A stretch of 64,000 nucleotides of DNA from an uncultured Faecalibacterium sp. (GCA_964383815.1 CAYLIC010000003.1:3606-67605); one strand, 5' to 3'. Positions 8,385 through 18,562 are shown, numbered from the stretch's first letter. Notes: a model not told the origin generated them from the letters alone. A program made the numbers and translations.

Positions 8385-9563
8385 TTATAGCGTTGCCAGA
8401 AAGTCTGCCATTTTTTCCAGGGCCAGGTTCAGCTTGTCAATGGCGGTGGCGTAGCTGCAGCGGATGTGCCCTTCCCCACATGGGCCGAAGGCTGTGCCGG
8501 GAACGCAGGCCACACGCTTTTCCTCCAGCAGGCGCTGGCAGAAGGCCTCGCTGGTCAGCCCTGTTTTGCGGATGGAGGGAAAGACGTAGAACGCGCCCAG
8601 GGGCTCGAAGCACTCCAGCCCCATGGCACGGAAGCCTTCCACCATCAGGCGGCGGCGGCGGTCGTAGCTTTCCCGCATGTGAATAACATCCTCATACCCG
8701 CGCTCACGGCCGGTTTTCAAGGCCTCCAGGGCAGCAACCTGCCCCTGGCGCGGCGCGCAGAGAATGCCGTACTGGTGTATCTTGTTCATGACGGCAATCA
8801 GCTCTGCCGGGCCGCAGATGTACCCCACGCGCCAGCCCGTCATGGCGAAGGATTTGCTGAAGCCGTTGATGGTCAGCGTATAGTCCCACATGCCGGGCAG
8901 GGAGGCAAAGGACACATGCTGCAGGCCGCCATAGGTCAGCTCGGAATAAATCTCATCGCTGATCACCAGGATGCCGGTTTCCCGCACCACCTGGGCCAGG
9001 GCCTCCAGGTCGGCCCGCTCCATAATGCCGCCGGTGGGGTTGTTGGGGTAGGGGAGAATCAGCGCCTTGGTGCGGGGGGTGATGGCGGCGCGCACCTTCT
9101 CCGCCGTCAGGCGGAAGGCAGTTTCCTGGGTGGTTTCCACGCCCACGGGCACGCCGCCGGCGAAAATCACACTGGGGCTGTAGGAAACATAGCTGGGCTC
9201 GGGCACCAGCACCTCATCCCCGGGGGACACCAGGGCACGGAGCGCCACATCGATGGACTCGCTGGCGCCAACGGTGACGAGGATCTCCGTTTCCGGGTTA
9301 TAGCAGGTCTGGTAGCGGTGCTCCAGATAGTAGCTGATTTCCTTCCGCAGGGACAGAAGACCCCGGTTGGGGGTGTACTGGGTTTCGCCGTCCACGATGG
9401 AGTTGATGGCGGCATTGCGGATGTGATAGGGGGTGATGAAGTCCGGCTCGCCCACACCAAGGGAAATGGCGTCCTTCATGGTGGAGGCCATGTCGAAAAA
9501 GCGGCGAATGCCGCTGGGCGGCACGGCGGCGATGGCGCTGTTCAGATAACGCTCGTAATTCAC
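8385..9563 (-). CDS. Class I/II PLP-dependent aminotransferase (aspartate/aromatic type)
   Basis: 392 aa; GVGEPDF...YTPNRG...NPTGG...NGFSKSFAMTGWRVGY (PLP-lysine motif). Confidence 0.85.
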   Translation of the reverse strand: MNYERYLNSAIAAVPPSGIRRFFDMASTMKDAISLGVGEPDFITPYHIRNAAINSIVDGETQYTPNRGLLSLRKEISYYLEHRYQTCYNPETEILVTVGASESIDVALRALVSPGDEVLVPEPSYVSYSPSVIFAGGVPVGVETTQETAFRLTAEKVRAAITPRTKALILPYPNNPTGGIMERADLEALAQVVRETGILVISDEIYSELTYGGLQHVSFASLPGMWDYTLTINGFSKSFAMTGWRVGYICGPAELIAVMNKIHQYGILCAPRQGQVAALEALKTGRERGYEDVIHMRESYDRRRRLMVEGFRAMGLECFEPLGAFYVFPSIRKTGLTSEAFCQRLLEEKRVACVPGTAFGPCGEGHIRCSYATAIDKLNLALEKMADFLATL

Positions 9564-10051
9564 GGGGAAATCACCAGCCGATTGTCAGATTTCTCCGCGT
9601 CGAAGATGACGCCCTCCTCCTTGTAGCGCTTCAAAACAAAGCTGGTGGCGGTGCCGGTAACCATCTCCAGGGTGGACAGCTTGTCGGACACAAACATGGC
9701 AAGCTCCTTCAGGGTGCGGGCCTCCACCAGCACCAGCAGGTCGTAGGCGCCGCTCATCAGGTATACGCTTTTGACCTCCTCAAACCGGTAGATGCGCTTG
9801 GCCACAGCGTCGAAGCCCATGTCCCGCTGCGGGGTGACACGAACCTCAATCATGGCCTCCACCCGCTCCCGGTCGGTCAGATCCCAGTTGATGGTGGGGG
9901 AATAACGCAGGATGATGCGCTCCTTCTCCATCTGGTCGATGGCCTGGGCAACCTGCTCCAGGGTGGCGCCGGTCATGATGGCGATTTTCTCCAGAGGCAG
10001 ACGGCAGTCCTCCCGCAAGATTTCCAGAATATCCATATCCAGTCTGGACAT
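9560..10051 (-). CDS. Lrp/AsnC family transcriptional regulator
   Basis: 163 aa; MDILEILREDCRLPLEKIAIMTGATLEQV plus a C-terminal RAM-like domain. 4-bp overlap with the aminotransferase. Confidence 0.85.
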   Translation of the reverse strand: MSRLDMDILEILREDCRLPLEKIAIMTGATLEQVAQAIDQMEKERIILRYSPTINWDLTDRERVEAMIEVRVTPQRDMGFDAVAKRIYRFEEVKSVYLMSGAYDLLVLVEARTLKELAMFVSDKLSTLEMVTGTATSFVLKRYKEEGVIFDAEKSDNRLVISP

Positions 10052-10262
10052 CGGACAATCGCTCCCTTCACAAAAGTATAACGTTTCACAAATACCATTC
10101 TACACCATAGGCCGCCCGGATGCAAGACGATTTCTTATGCCAATTTTCGCCCCAGGCAGGGAAAAGCATGCATGGCGGCGAATAGTGTAAGCTGGCTGGA
10201 TGTTTTCCCGGGCCGTTGAGAATGAACGAAAAGCGCTTTGTGCGCAGAAATGAGGGATTCCT

Positions 10263-11285
10263 ATGTCGAAAGAAGCTGCCTGCCCCAGGGTGGATATTGG
10301 CGGCCAGGCCGTGATGGAAGGCGTGATGATGAAGGCGCCGGACGCCATTGCCATTGCCGTGCGCAGGCCTGATGATACCATTGTGGTGCAGCGCAAGGAA
10401 TATGTGGCGCCTGCCAGGAAGCACAAGTGGATGGGCTGGCCCATTATCCGCGGGATTGTAAACTTCTGCACCATGCTGTCCATGGGCATGAGCACCCTGC
10501 AGGCCTCCACGGAGATGCTGGGCACCATGGATGAGGAGCCCACCAGGTTTGAAAAGTGGCTGGCGAAGAAGCTGGGCAAGGGCGTGGACAAGGTGGTTAT
10601 GGGTGTTGCCATGGTGCTGGCGGTGATTTTGTCCGTTGGCCTGTTCTTTGTGATTCCCGAGGCGGTAGCCAGCTGGCTCCGCTCGCTGAACCTGGGCCGG
10701 GTGTGGGTGAACCTGCTTTCCGGCCTGGTGCGCATTGGGATTTTGATTGGCTACATGGTGTTCTGCACGCTGGTGCCGGATGTGCGCCGCACCTTCCAAT
10801 ACCATGGCGCGGAGCACAAAACCGTGTACTGCCACGAGGCCGACAAGCCCCTGACCCCGGAAAACGCGGCGCCCTTCACCACCCTGCATCCCCGGTGCGG
10901 CACGGCATTTTTGCTGATTGTGTTTGCGCTGAGCATCATCCTGTTCACCCTGGTGGGCTACAATGGTGAGCAGTATATCCTGCGGCTCCTGTCCCGGCTG
11001 GCGCTGCTGCCCATTGTGGCTGGCGTGAGCTATGAGGCGCTGAAGGGACTGGCCCATTCCGAAAGCAAGCTGGCCCGCATCCTGCGCTGGCCCGGCCTGC
11101 AGCTGCAGCGGCTGACCACCAAGCAGCCCGATGCCAAAATGCTGGAGATTGCCATCGTGGCCATGAATGTGGCCCTTTACGGCCTGCCCGGGCATGCGCC
11201 CACCACGGAGGAAGGCTTCACGGTGCTGCACTCCTACAGGGAAAGCGAGGAAGGGTACACCTTCCCCCAGGAGGGTGACCAGTGA
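10263..11285 (+). CDS. DUF1385 (YqhQ-like) membrane protein
   Basis: IGGQAVMEGVMMKAPD...YHGAEHKTVYCHE...HPRCGTAF. GTGA overlap with prmC. Confidence 0.8.
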   Translation: MSKEAACPRVDIGGQAVMEGVMMKAPDAIAIAVRRPDDTIVVQRKEYVAPARKHKWMGWPIIRGIVNFCTMLSMGMSTLQASTEMLGTMDEEPTRFEKWLAKKLGKGVDKVVMGVAMVLAVILSVGLFFVIPEAVASWLRSLNLGRVWVNLLSGLVRIGILIGYMVFCTLVPDVRRTFQYHGAEHKTVYCHEADKPLTPENAAPFTTLHPRCGTAFLLIVFALSIILFTLVGYNGEQYILRLLSRLALLPIVAGVSYEALKGLAHSESKLARILRWPGLQLQRLTTKQPDAKMLEIAIVAMNVALYGLPGHAPTTEEGFTVLHSYRESEEGYTFPQEGDQ

Positions 11286-12112
11286 CCCCGCAGACCCTGC
11301 TGCGGGAAACCACCGCGCTGTTCCGCCAGGCCGGCATACCCGACCCGGCCTGGGACAGCGCGCTTCTGCTTGCACACCTGACGGGCAGGCCGGCCCTGAA
11401 CCTGCGCCTGGACACGGACACCAGGCTGGATGCGGACACCCTGGCCCTGTATGATGAACTGTGCCGCCAGCGCCTGCAGCGGAGGCCGCTGCAATACCTG
11501 CTGGGCGTGCAACCCTTTCTGGGCCGGGACTTTCATGTGGATGAGCGGGTGCTGATTCCCCGCCCGGAAACCGAGCTGCTGGCGGAGCGGGCCATTGCCT
11601 GGCTGAAAACCCGGGAAAGGCCCACCGCCCTTGACCTGTGCTGCGGCAGCGGGTGCATCGGCATCAGCATGGCGCTGGATGTGCCCGGCGCCCGGGTGCA
11701 TGCCGCCGACCTTTCGCCGGACGCGCTTGAGGTGACCCGCTGCAATGCGGCGCACCTGGGTGCACAGCTGACCCTGCACCAGGGCAACCTGTTTGCTGCT
11801 GTGGAGGGCATGCGGTTTGACCTGATAATCAGCAACCCGCCCTATATTCCCACGGCGGAATGCCGGGAGCTGCAGGCGGAGGTGCTGCGGGAGCCGGGCA
11901 TGGCCCTGGACGGCGGCGCGGACGGGTATGACTTCTACCGCCGCATTGCGCAGGAATCACCCGCGCACCTGCTCCCGGGCGGCCTGGTGCTGCTGGAGGT
12001 TGGGTATGGCCAGGCAGGCGCCGTGGCGGACATGATGGCGGCAAGCGGCTTCCAGACCGCCATTCACAGGGACTTGCAGGGCATTGAACGGATGGTGGAG
12101 GCCCGGCTGTAA
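11282..12112 (+). CDS. prmC: Release factor N5-glutamine methyltransferase
   Basis: GTG start; LDLCCGSGCIGI (SAM motif) and ISNPPYIP (NPPY). Confidence 0.9.
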   Translation: MTPQTLLRETTALFRQAGIPDPAWDSALLLAHLTGRPALNLRLDTDTRLDADTLALYDELCRQRLQRRPLQYLLGVQPFLGRDFHVDERVLIPRPETELLAERAIAWLKTRERPTALDLCCGSGCIGISMALDVPGARVHAADLSPDALEVTRCNAAHLGAQLTLHQGNLFAAVEGMRFDLIISNPPYIPTAECRELQAEVLREPGMALDGGADGYDFYRRIAQESPAHLLPGGLVLLEVGYGQAGAVADMMAASGFQTAIHRDLQGIERMVEARL

Positions 12113-12122
12113 CGGAGGCGCT

Positions 12123-13181
12123 ATGTTCGAGAAATATGAGTGGATACAAAACAGGTGGGAGGAGCTATCCGCCGCCATCAGCCAGCCGGAGGTCATTGCC
12201 GACCAGGGCAAGTATCAGCAGCTGTTGAAGGAGCGTGCCGGGCTGGAGCCTGCGGTGGAAAAGTGGGCGGAATATCAGGCCTGCCTGCGGCACCTGCAGG
12301 AGGCGGATGAGATGCTTGCCGACCCTGACCTGCAGGCCGTGGCCCAGGCCGAGGTGCAGGAGCTGACCGCCCGCAAGGCTGAGCTGGAGCAGGCGCTGCG
12401 CATCCTCCTCCTGCCCAAGGACCCGGACGACGACAGGAACGTGATTCTGGAGATTCGCAGTGGCACCGGCGGGGACGAGGCCTGCCTGTTTGCTGCCGAT
12501 ATGCTGCGCATGTACACCCGCTATGCGGAGCGCCACGGGTTTCGGGTGGAGCTGCTCTCCGCCAGTGATACGGAGCTGGGCGGCGTGAAGGAGGCTGTGC
12601 TGTCCCTGACGGGCCAGGGGGCCTTTGCCCACATGAAGTACGAGAGCGGCGTGCACCAGGTGAAGCGCATCCCGGTAACGGAGAGCAACGGGCGCATACA
12701 GACCTCCACCTGCACCGTGGCTGTGCTGCCCGAGGCGGAGGAGATTGACCTGAGCATTGCGCCCAAGGATTTGCGCATTGACGTTTACCGGGCCAGCGGC
12801 CACGGCGGCCAATGCGTGAACACCACGGATTCCGCTGTGCGCATCACCCACCTGCCCACCGGCATTATGGCAACCTGCCAGGACGAGAAGAGCCAGATCA
12901 AAAACCGTGACAAGGCCATGAAGGTTTTGCGCGCCCGGCTGCTGGAAAGGCTCCGCACCGAGCAGGACAGCGCCTATGCCGCCAACCGCCGCAGCCAGGT
13001 GGGCACCGGCGAGCGGGCGGAGAAGATACGCACCTACCACTTCATCCAGGGCCGGGTGACCGACCACCGCCTGGGGCTGACCCTGTACAGGACGGCGGAG
13101 ATTATGGACGGGGATTTGGACGAGTTCATCCAGGCCTTGCGCATGGAGGAACAGGCGCAAAAGCTGCGCAGTATGAATTGA
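12123..13181 (+). CDS. prfA: Peptide chain release factor 1
   Basis: MFEKYEW...; RASGHGGQCVNTTDSAVRITHLPTG (GGQ motif). GGAGG precedes the ATG at 12123. Confidence 0.95.
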   Translation: MFEKYEWIQNRWEELSAAISQPEVIADQGKYQQLLKERAGLEPAVEKWAEYQACLRHLQEADEMLADPDLQAVAQAEVQELTARKAELEQALRILLLPKDPDDDRNVILEIRSGTGGDEACLFAADMLRMYTRYAERHGFRVELLSASDTELGGVKEAVLSLTGQGAFAHMKYESGVHQVKRIPVTESNGRIQTSTCTVAVLPEAEEIDLSIAPKDLRIDVYRASGHGGQCVNTTDSAVRITHLPTGIMATCQDEKSQIKNRDKAMKVLRARLLERLRTEQDSAYAANRRSQVGTGERAEKIRTYHFIQGRVTDHRLGLTLYRTAEIMDGDLDEFIQALRMEEQAQKLRSMN

Positions 13182-13195
13182 AAGAGGGTTTTCCC

Positions 13196-14242
13196 ATGAA
13201 CACAAGGGTGCTTCCCGCTACGGCGGAGACCCTTTCCACCGCCGCGGAGCTGCTGGCACAGGGCCAGCTGGTGGCCTTTCCAACGGAAACGGTGTATGGC
13301 CTGGGCGCCAATGCCCTGGACAGGGATGCGGTGCTGTCCATCTTTGCAGCCAAGGGCCGCCCGGCGGATAATCCGCTGATTGTGCACATATGGCACCGGG
13401 AGCAGCTGGCAGACATCTGCCAGGTATCCCCCCTGGCAGAAAAGCTGATGGACGCCTTCTGGCCCGGGCCGCTGACCCTGCTGATGCCCAGGAAGGACAG
13501 CATCCCCCTGGAGGTAACGGCAGGCCTGCCCACGGTTGCCGTGCGCATGCCCTCGCACCCGGTGGCGGCGGACATGCTGCGGGCCTGTGGCCTGCCCATT
13601 GCCGCGCCCAGCGCCAACCGCAGCGGCAAGCCCAGCCCCACCACGGCTCGGCATGTGCTGGAGGACATGGATGGGCGCATCCCGCTGATTATCGATGGCG
13701 GCAGCTGTGATGTGGGCCTGGAGTCCACCGTGCTGGACATTAACCAGGAGGTGCCCTGCATCCTGCGTCCCGGCGGCATAACAAAGGCCATGCTGGAGGC
13801 GGTCATTGGCCCGGTAACGGTGGCTGGCAGTGTGCTGCGCCCCTTGCAGAAGGGTGAAAAGGCGCTTTCCCCCGGGATGATGTACAGGCACTACTCCCCG
13901 GATGGACAGGTTTCCCTGGTGGAGGGCGAGGAAAGCCAGGTGGTTGCCGCCCTGAAGGCCCTGTACGCCCAGGCGGAGCGCAACGGGCACCGGGCCTGCG
14001 TGATGTGCTTTACCGAGCATGTGGACGCCCTGCAGGCCTGCCAGCCCCATGACCTGGGCAGCAAAAACTGCCCGGAGCAGGTGGCTCACCGCCTGTTCGA
14101 AACCCTGCGCCGCCTGGACGAGGAGCACATGGACGCCATTTTCAGCGAGGTGGTTCCGCCAGAGGGCGTGGGCCTGGCAGTGATGAACCGCCTGGGCCGG
14201 GCAGCGGCCTTCAGGACGATACAGGCCAAGGATGTTGTTTGA
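13196..14242 (+). CDS. tsaC: L-threonylcarbamoyladenylate synthase (Sua5/YwlC/TsaC, long form)
   Basis: LVAFPTETVYGLGANALD...KGRPADNPLIVH...SANRSGKPSPTTA. Confidence 0.85.
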   Translation: MNTRVLPATAETLSTAAELLAQGQLVAFPTETVYGLGANALDRDAVLSIFAAKGRPADNPLIVHIWHREQLADICQVSPLAEKLMDAFWPGPLTLLMPRKDSIPLEVTAGLPTVAVRMPSHPVAADMLRACGLPIAAPSANRSGKPSPTTARHVLEDMDGRIPLIIDGGSCDVGLESTVLDINQEVPCILRPGGITKAMLEAVIGPVTVAGSVLRPLQKGEKALSPGMMYRHYSPDGQVSLVEGEESQVVAALKALYAQAERNGHRACVMCFTEHVDALQACQPHDLGSKNCPEQVAHRLFETLRRLDEEHMDAIFSEVVPPEGVGLAVMNRLGRAAAFRTIQAKDVV

Positions 14243-14258
14243 CAGCGGAGGACAGCGT

Positions 14259-16175
14259 ATGGCGTTCATCTACGGTAGGCAGGACATGCCCGACCTGCGC
14301 CGGGCCCAGGAGAATTGCTTCCTGTGCGCCAATGGCCTGGGCGGGTACGCCTCCCTTTCAGCGGCGTTCTCCACGACCAGGGGCGATCACGGCCTGCTGG
14401 TGGCTGCCCGGGTGGCGCCCAACGATCGGGTGAACCTGGTGGCCCGCCTGGGGGAATGCCTGCACCATGCAGGCCGGGAGGAATGGCTATCCACCCAGGA
14501 ATTTGCAGACGGCACGCCGCCGGAGGATGGGTACACCGGCCTGTCCTGCCTGATGGCGGAGGATGTGCCCTGCTGGACGTATGACCTGCGAGGCATACGG
14601 ATAACCCGCCGGGTGGCCATTGGACGGGAAATGAACGCCACAGCGGTGGCCTACACCATTGAAAACCGTTCCGCCGCGCCCTGCACCCTGCATGTGCGGC
14701 CCTGGGTGCTGGGATTTGACAAAGGGTATGCGCCGGAGAAGCCCTGGGACGTTTCCATGGCGGATGGATGCATCCTGACCCATGGGCAGCGGGTGTACAT
14801 CCGCAGTGATGCTGCCATCACCCGGGAGGCACCCCGCTTTGCCCTGGCGCACTACATGCACGATGCGCCGGACGGCAGGCCTGAAAGTGGCCTGCAGGCC
14901 AGTGTGTGCAGCCTGGCAGCGGAGGTTATGCCCGGGGAAAAGCGCAGCCTGAACCTGGTGCTGGCGGACAGGCTCCATGCACCCGGTGCGGAGGAAATCA
15001 TCGCCGGGCAGGAAAGGCACCTGCAATCCGTCCGCGAAGCATCCGGCTTGCGTGACCCGGTGGCCCGGCAGCTGGCCTGCGCGGCGGATGCCTTTATTGC
15101 CCGGCGGGACTCCACCGGTGGCAAGACCATCCTGGCTGGGTATCCCTTCTTTGGGGACTGGGGCCGGGACACCATGATTGCCTTGCCCGGCTGCACCCTT
15201 GCCACCGGGCGGTATGAGGATGCCAGGAGCATTCTGCGCACCTTTATGAAATACGAGCGAAACGGCCTGGTGCCCAACCTGTTTCCAGAGGGTGATCAGC
15301 CGCCCATGTACAACACGGCGGATGCGGCACTGCTGCTGGTGAACAGCGCGTATCTCTATGTGCAGCAAACCGGCGATACGGCCTTTGTGCAGGAGGCGCG
15401 CCCGGTGCTGGAGCGGATTATCGCCGCTTATGCCCGGGGCACGGAGCACGGCATTCACATGGATGAGGACGGGCTGATCTGCGCCGGTGAAGGACTGGAT
15501 CAGGTAACGTGGATGGACGTGCGGGTAGGAGAGATTCTCCCCACACCGCGCCATGGCAAGCCGGTGGAAATCAACGCCTACTGGTACAGCGCACTGCGGG
15601 TGATGGAGGCCTGGTTCGGCGGCGAATACGGCAAAATGGCAGAAAGGGCAAAGGCGGCCTTTGTCCGCGGCTTCTGGATGCCGGAAAAGGGATACCTGCG
15701 GGATGTGATTTCCGGCACGGCGGCGGATGAACAGCTGCGCTGCAACCAGATTTGGGCCATTACCCAGCCCTTCACCATGCTGGAGCCAGCCCAGGAACGG
15801 GCTGTGGTGGATGCGGTGTATGCCCATCTGTACACGCCCTGTGGCCTGCGCACCCTGTCCCCGGAGGATGCGGCGTATCACGGTGTGTATGCCGGACCGC
15901 AGCCCGTGCGGGACATGGCCTATCACCAGGGCACAGCATGGGTGTTTCCCCTGGGTGCGTACTACCTGGCATACCTGAAAACCAGGGGGTATTCCGCCAA
16001 GGCCCGTAAGGAGGTTCGCCAGGCCTTGGCACCCATGGCCTGCGCCCTGCGGGAAGGCTGCTGCGGTCAGCTGCCGGAGATTTACGATGGTGACGCGCCT
16101 GCCTTCAGCCGCGGATGCTTTGCCCAGGCCTGGAGCGTGGGCGAGATGCTGCGTGTGTATGCGGCACTGGAATAA
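14259..16175 (+). CDS. Amylo-alpha-1,6-glucosidase / glycogen debranching enzyme family protein
   Basis: 638 aa; TILAGYPFFGDWGRDTMIALPG...VPNLFPEG...TWMD...NAYWY...AQAWSVGE, typical of the GDE_C (alpha/alpha)6 barrel. Confidence 0.75.
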   Translation: MAFIYGRQDMPDLRRAQENCFLCANGLGGYASLSAAFSTTRGDHGLLVAARVAPNDRVNLVARLGECLHHAGREEWLSTQEFADGTPPEDGYTGLSCLMAEDVPCWTYDLRGIRITRRVAIGREMNATAVAYTIENRSAAPCTLHVRPWVLGFDKGYAPEKPWDVSMADGCILTHGQRVYIRSDAAITREAPRFALAHYMHDAPDGRPESGLQASVCSLAAEVMPGEKRSLNLVLADRLHAPGAEEIIAGQERHLQSVREASGLRDPVARQLACAADAFIARRDSTGGKTILAGYPFFGDWGRDTMIALPGCTLATGRYEDARSILRTFMKYERNGLVPNLFPEGDQPPMYNTADAALLLVNSAYLYVQQTGDTAFVQEARPVLERIIAAYARGTEHGIHMDEDGLICAGEGLDQVTWMDVRVGEILPTPRHGKPVEINAYWYSALRVMEAWFGGEYGKMAERAKAAFVRGFWMPEKGYLRDVISGTAADEQLRCNQIWAITQPFTMLEPAQERAVVDAVYAHLYTPCGLRTLSPEDAAYHGVYAGPQPVRDMAYHQGTAWVFPLGAYYLAYLKTRGYSAKARKEVRQALAPMACALREGCCGQLPEIYDGDAPAFSRGCFAQAWSVGEMLRVYAALE

Positions 16176-16188
16176 GCCTGACACAAAA

Positions 16189-16220
16189 AGCAGTGAGCCT
16201 GAAACGCCCACTGCTTTTTT
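16189..16220 (+). terminator. Intrinsic terminator
   Basis: AGCAGTG...CACTGCT followed by TTTTTT. Confidence 0.6.
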
Positions 16221-16260
16221 GAAATTATCCCGGCAGAAAACCATCCACCCCGCGCCACCA

Positions 16261-16318
16261 AAACGGGATTCTTAAGGTATGAAATCCCTTAGGCGGGAGG
16301 AAAGAGGGCGGCGCCCTT
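16261..16318 (+). repeat. Two-hairpin intergenic repeat, forward copy
   Basis: AAACGGGATTCTTAAGGTATGAAATCCCTTAGGCGGGAGG..AGAGGGCGGCGCCCTT. Confidence 0.75.
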
Positions 16319-16343
16319 GAGCAGCACCGGCCTGCGCTCTATG

Positions 16344-16379
16344 AAAAATCCCCCTTTCCAATAACGGAAAAGGGGGATT
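16344..16379 (-). terminator. Intrinsic terminator after the 16384 gene
   Basis: AATCCCCCTTT...AAAGGGGGATT hairpin with a T-tract on the minus strand. Confidence 0.6.
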
Positions 16380-16383
16380 CGGT

Positions 16384-18228
16384 TTACTCCTGGCGGCGCT
16401 GGCTGCGGCGGCGGGGCTTTTCCTCCGGGGCGGCGTCCTCGGCGGGAATGTCCTCCTCCTCGCCCTCAACCTCCACGGTCACGGTGGGCTCGGCCTTGTT
16501 CTCCTCGGGGTAGAGCTTCCGCAGGGTTTCGGCCATCAGGTCGTCATCGGCGGCAGCGTCCTCCGGGCTGTCCTGGGCGGGCGCATCCTCCAGCTCGTCC
16601 TGGGGGGAGCTCTCCTGCTTGTCACGGGCAGGCTGAGTATAGTCGCGGTAGGCGCCGCGCTCGATGTAGTGATCCTGGGCCTGTGCGGACTTGATATTGG
16701 CCTGAATGCGGCGCACCACGCCCACTGCCAGCAGCGCCAGGCAGGCAACGCCAGCCACCATGAACACCTTGTACAGCACGCTCAGCACGCTCTGCAGGGT
16801 GGACACATAGGCGGGCAGACCGTCGCTGGTGGGCAGCTCCTCATACACGGGCATGGGCGGGGTGACGATGGGTGCATCGGTGGGCACGGGGGTGGGCAGC
16901 TCGTAGGCGATGGGGATGATGTTGCTCTCAAAGGTGTCGGTTTCGCCCAGCAGGTTTTTCACCTTGGCATCGAAGCGGAACTGGCCCGCCATGGACACCA
17001 GCACATCCCGGGTGAACTCCCTTGTTTCGCCAGGCAGAAGGCTGGGGAAGGTGTACATGGTTACACCGGAGGCGACAACGGAAATGTCCTCCACTTCCCT
17101 GGCGCCGTTGTTGGTGACCTTCACATGGAACTTCACCGTGCCAGGCAGGATGTAGACGGTTTCAGGCTCGGCAGTGGCCTCCACGGAGAGGGAAACCACC
17201 TGGCTGGGGTCGATGGCGGTAACGCTGATGCGGTCGCTGGCGGTGTCCACCGCCTCGCCTGTGGCATCGGCACCCTTGACGGTGAACTGATAGTCCGCGC
17301 TCTTGTCAATGGGCACGTCCTTTTCCAGAGTCAGGGTCTGCCCGGCGACAACGGTCTGCCCGGTGAAAACCTCACCCAGGGTGGCATCCGCAATGGTCAG
17401 GTTCTGGAAATCCACCGTGCCGGAGTTCTTCAGCTTCAGGGTCAGCTTCACCGTGTCGCCCACGGCGCCGCCCTTCTTGTCGGCGGTCAGGGTGGCAGAC
17501 AGCTTCACCTCGCCATACTTGATGGTAGCGGCATCCTTCTTTTCGGTTTGAGTTTTGCCGCCGGACTTGTAGGTGATGGTGCCCTGGCTGGTCAAATCCT
17601 TGGTGCCCATGGTGGCAGTGAAGGCGTAGCTGGCCTTTTCACCTGCGGGCACGGTGTCGATCTTGCCGGACTTGGTGGCAATCTTCTCCTTGATGGTTAC
17701 ATCGGTCACGTCCACATTGCCGGTGTTGATCACATCGTAGGTTACGGTGACCTCCTGGCCTTTGCGGGCGGTGGTGGGGGTGATGGTGCGGTTGATCTCC
17801 ACGCTGCTCACCATGCCGGTGTACTGAATCTCCCTGCCGAAGTTCACTGTTTTGTTGATCAGCTCGTTGGCATCGTTATAGATGGAATACTTCAGCTTAA
17901 AGGTGACGCGCCCGTTCTCCAGCTGCTCCTGGGTCACCTTCCAGGTGCCGGACCAGGACTTGGAGGAGCCTGCCGTCAGCGTGGGGGAGCCAAACTCCTC
18001 CACCTGCTTGCCGTTGCTGTAGTACAGGGTGACAGGGCCGGGCATATCGGTTTCGCCCACGTTTGTCACCTTGATGGACACGGCAATCTCCTTGGGCTCC
18101 GCCAGGGTATCCGGGCTAAGCTCAATTTCAATTTTGTAATTATCCGTGGTGCTGGCGCAGGCCGCGCCCACCAAAAGGAAAAGCACCGTCATGATAACCG
18201 TCAGGCATACGAGCAGGCGTTTTTTCAT
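16384..18228 (-). CDS. Membrane-anchored surface protein with 4-5 tandem CARDB/DUF11-like Ig-fold domains and an acidic tail
   Basis: Signal MKKRLLVCLTVIMTVLFLLVGAACA. Repeated xVxNxGxxDxxxxxI strands (VTNVGETDMPGPVTL, VINTGNVDVTDVTI, LKNSGTVDFQNLTI, VTNNGAREVEDISV). TM helix VFMVAGVACLALLAVGVV, then a D/E-rich C-terminus. No strong SD, so the start is uncertain. Confidence 0.65.
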   Translation of the reverse strand: MKKRLLVCLTVIMTVLFLLVGAACASTTDNYKIEIELSPDTLAEPKEIAVSIKVTNVGETDMPGPVTLYYSNGKQVEEFGSPTLTAGSSKSWSGTWKVTQEQLENGRVTFKLKYSIYNDANELINKTVNFGREIQYTGMVSSVEINRTITPTTARKGQEVTVTYDVINTGNVDVTDVTIKEKIATKSGKIDTVPAGEKASYAFTATMGTKDLTSQGTITYKSGGKTQTEKKDAATIKYGEVKLSATLTADKKGGAVGDTVKLTLKLKNSGTVDFQNLTIADATLGEVFTGQTVVAGQTLTLEKDVPIDKSADYQFTVKGADATGEAVDTASDRISVTAIDPSQVVSLSVEATAEPETVYILPGTVKFHVKVTNNGAREVEDISVVASGVTMYTFPSLLPGETREFTRDVLVSMAGQFRFDAKVKNLLGETDTFESNIIPIAYELPTPVPTDAPIVTPPMPVYEELPTSDGLPAYVSTLQSVLSVLYKVFMVAGVACLALLAVGVVRRIQANIKSAQAQDHYIERGAYRDYTQPARDKQESSPQDELEDAPAQDSPEDAAADDDLMAETLRKLYPEENKAEPTVTVEVEGEEEDIPAEDAAPEEKPRRRSQRRQE

Positions 18229-18415
18229 GGTTCTGTTGGGCAGAGCAGCCTCCGCCCGTCCTCCTTCCGCGTCCGGCTGGAAAACAGCCAGAATCCACAG
18301 ATACAGTCTTTCTATCCTATTGTAAGCGCGAAAGGGTGTATCTGTCAAGTTGATTCGTCACAGAAATGTAAAACTTTTTTCCACTTTCACCCTTGCCGTG
18401 GCATGGAAAATGCTG

Positions 18416-18444
18416 TTGACAAAGGGGAAAACAAGTGCTATATT
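18416..18444 (+). promoter_or_regulatory. Sigma-70-type promoter of the pyrP leader
   Basis: TTGACA-17 nt-TATATT with an extended -10 TG. Confidence 0.55.
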
Positions 18445-18469
18445 ACTGGAGACAACTGCATGCGTGCCC

Positions 18470-18562
18470 TTTAACCACGGTCCAGTGAGGCCGGGAAGGC
18501 TGCAACGATGTACCTGCGATATGGATATATCTGCCTTGCCCAGCCCGGGTGAGGCAGTTTTT
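18470..18562 (+). promoter_or_regulatory. PyrR-binding attenuator (binding loop plus terminator)
   Basis: GGTCCAGTGAGGCCGGGAAGGCTG resembles the PyrR binding-loop consensus (UCCAGAGAGGCU...GAAGG). It is followed by the hairpin CTGCCT...AGGCAG and TTTTT (18531-18562). Confidence 0.7.

Noticed and set aside
10052-10262. 211-bp gap upstream of DUF1385-prmC-prfA, examined for a leader RNA or riboswitch
   Set aside because: I could find no conserved riboswitch core, no convincing hairpin-plus-T-tract and no strong promoter consensus. I left it unannotated.
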